DNA from: Endomicrobium sp.
Lineage (GTDB): Bacteria > Elusimicrobiota > Endomicrobiia > Endomicrobiales > Endomicrobiaceae
DNA length: 64,000 bases
Assembly: GCA_031264325.1 (NCBI GenBank)
Contig: JAISEE010000019.1
Coordinates: 48,891 to 112,890 of the forward strand
Direction of reading: 5' to 3'
A program made the translations under genes and the position numbers. This document shows positions 63,033 to 64,000 of the stretch, in pieces. Positions within the stretch are counted from its first letter, which is position 1. Every line of letters starts with the position of its first letter. A model generated the notes under the pieces. That model saw only the letters and a program-made list of their open reading frames with translations. It was not told the origin of the DNA and ran no database searches.

Positions 63033-63570
63033 ATCTTTTTTTATCTCTCCCAAATTATATCCAACTTTAACAACAATAATCATGGGAAAATATCTAACAC
63101 CATTCTTTCTGCAACATTCCTTATCTGGACGCAAGTATAACTGCTCTGAAAAATCAAAAGACAATAAGCATTTGGCTATGTCAAAATTACAAATTTTCCA
63201 AACGTTTCTAAAGCTATCAAGCAAGGGTTCGGAATTTTTATATTAAGTATTTCCCTTACCGTAACGATAACGATGACACGAATGTCCGTCCATTCATTAA
63301 ATACATTAATAAACTTTTTATCTCTTGAAATACGATCTTAAAACAATTAAGATAACTTGAAAATAATTGACTGGTATAAAATCTCTCTCCATAGATTTAG
63401 AGATAAATGCTTTTTTAAATCTCTGGCCATAAATTGGATTTTCATAGAAATATTCTATAAATTAAGATCTATTAAAGGCAATAATAGCTTTAACTTTCAA
63501 AGAATCAGTGTTAGATATTACTGTCTTTAAAAAAATTCACCAGTATCTTTTTATTATAATACCAATAACC
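63030..63570 (-). pseudogene. polA: Collapsed remnants of the PolA 3'-5' exonuclease and polymerase domains
   Basis: Degenerate TGRLSS.EP segment, 'LLSFDFSEQLYLR' (motif A, ADYSQIELR), C-terminal 'IVVKVGYNLGEIK'; ~540 bp where ~1.8 kb is expected. Confidence 0.75.
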
Positions 63571-63571
63571 T

Positions 63572-64000
63572 CTAAAGTTCTTGTTGGGAATATTTGCCCA
63601 CAAGGCTTTTAAATTCATGTCTTTCAAAAAAAGAAACTGCTTCATCAACATCCAAGTCTTTATTTTCAAAATTATTTAGCTTGTAATCTAAGGGAACGTT
63701 AAAATCAAGCTCTATCAACTTTTTACTAAGCTCAGCATTGTCTCTACCCTGTTGCAATAATTTTCCAACTCTACCTTTTATTGAGCCTGCATTTTGCAAT
63801 ATATTTTTAAGGGTTCCGTATTCTTTTAGAAGCTTTACAGCTGTTTTATTACCTATTCCTTTTATGCCAGCTACATTGTCAACCACATCGCCAGTCAAAG
63901 CAAAAATATCAATCAGTTGATTTGGTTTAACTCCATACTTTTCCTCAACCTTTTTTACATCGTACATTATATCTTTAGAGTCATTCCAAACTAAAACATT
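63572..64000 (-). CDS. polA: 5'-3' exonuclease (PolA N-terminal domain), partial; ends in TAG after the domain
   Basis: 'VEEKYGVKPNQLID..ALTGDVVDNVAGIKGIGNKTAVKLLKEYGTL' helix-hairpin-helix; open to the window edge. Confidence 0.9.
   Translation of the reverse strand, partial: NVLVWNDSKDIMYDVKKVEEKYGVKPNQLIDIFALTGDVVDNVAGIKGIGNKTAVKLLKEYGTLKNILQNAGSIKGRVGKLLQQGRDNAELSKKLIELDFNVPLDYKLNNFENKDLDVDEAVSFFERHEFKSLVGKYSQQEL

Noticed and set aside
63033-63224. Apparent 64-aa N-terminal extension or fusion on CoaE
   Set aside because: It is PolA polymerase-domain relic sequence that happens to be in frame
3321-63920. Numerous short ORFs antisense to or overlapping real genes (e.g. 3321-3626, 6543-6905, 39376-39984, 61491-61895, 62791-63246)
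   Set aside because: Shadow frames of well-supported genes; no recognisable motifs or RBS

Overview
Very AT-rich chromosomal segment of a diderm anaerobe in advanced genome decay. Gene content and order are most consistent with an endosymbiotic Endomicrobium (Elusimicrobiota); this is an inference, not a database result. About 43 housekeeping CDS lie mostly on the minus strand: purC, PTS EI/HPr/EIIA, rapZ, the lpt-kds-hld LPS cluster, hydE-mnmA, recO, ybeY, aspS, pckG, ndk, pssA/psd, prfB, secA, hemW, lepB/lepA, cinA, thrC, tsaE/tsaB, nadD, rho and coaE. There are two tRNAs (His-GUG, Arg-UCU). By my rough sum about 20 kb (~30%) is eroded pseudogene or spacer DNA, in which I can still read lemA, htpX, mannose-type PTS EII, hprK, kdsC, corC, lnt, rsfS, yqeK and the PolA polymerase domain. 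I see no CRISPR array, IS element or prophage, and no convincing wholly new multi-gene system. The most interesting signals concern selective retention: a PTS phosphorelay that has lost its local transporter and is coupled to Nudix/BI-1/YihA genes; a thiL frameshift in an A9 tract right after the start codon; a microhomology-bounded 687-bp tandem duplication; PolA reduced to its 5'-3' exonuclease; a long HPF losing its C-terminal domain; and a hydE-mnmA overlap.
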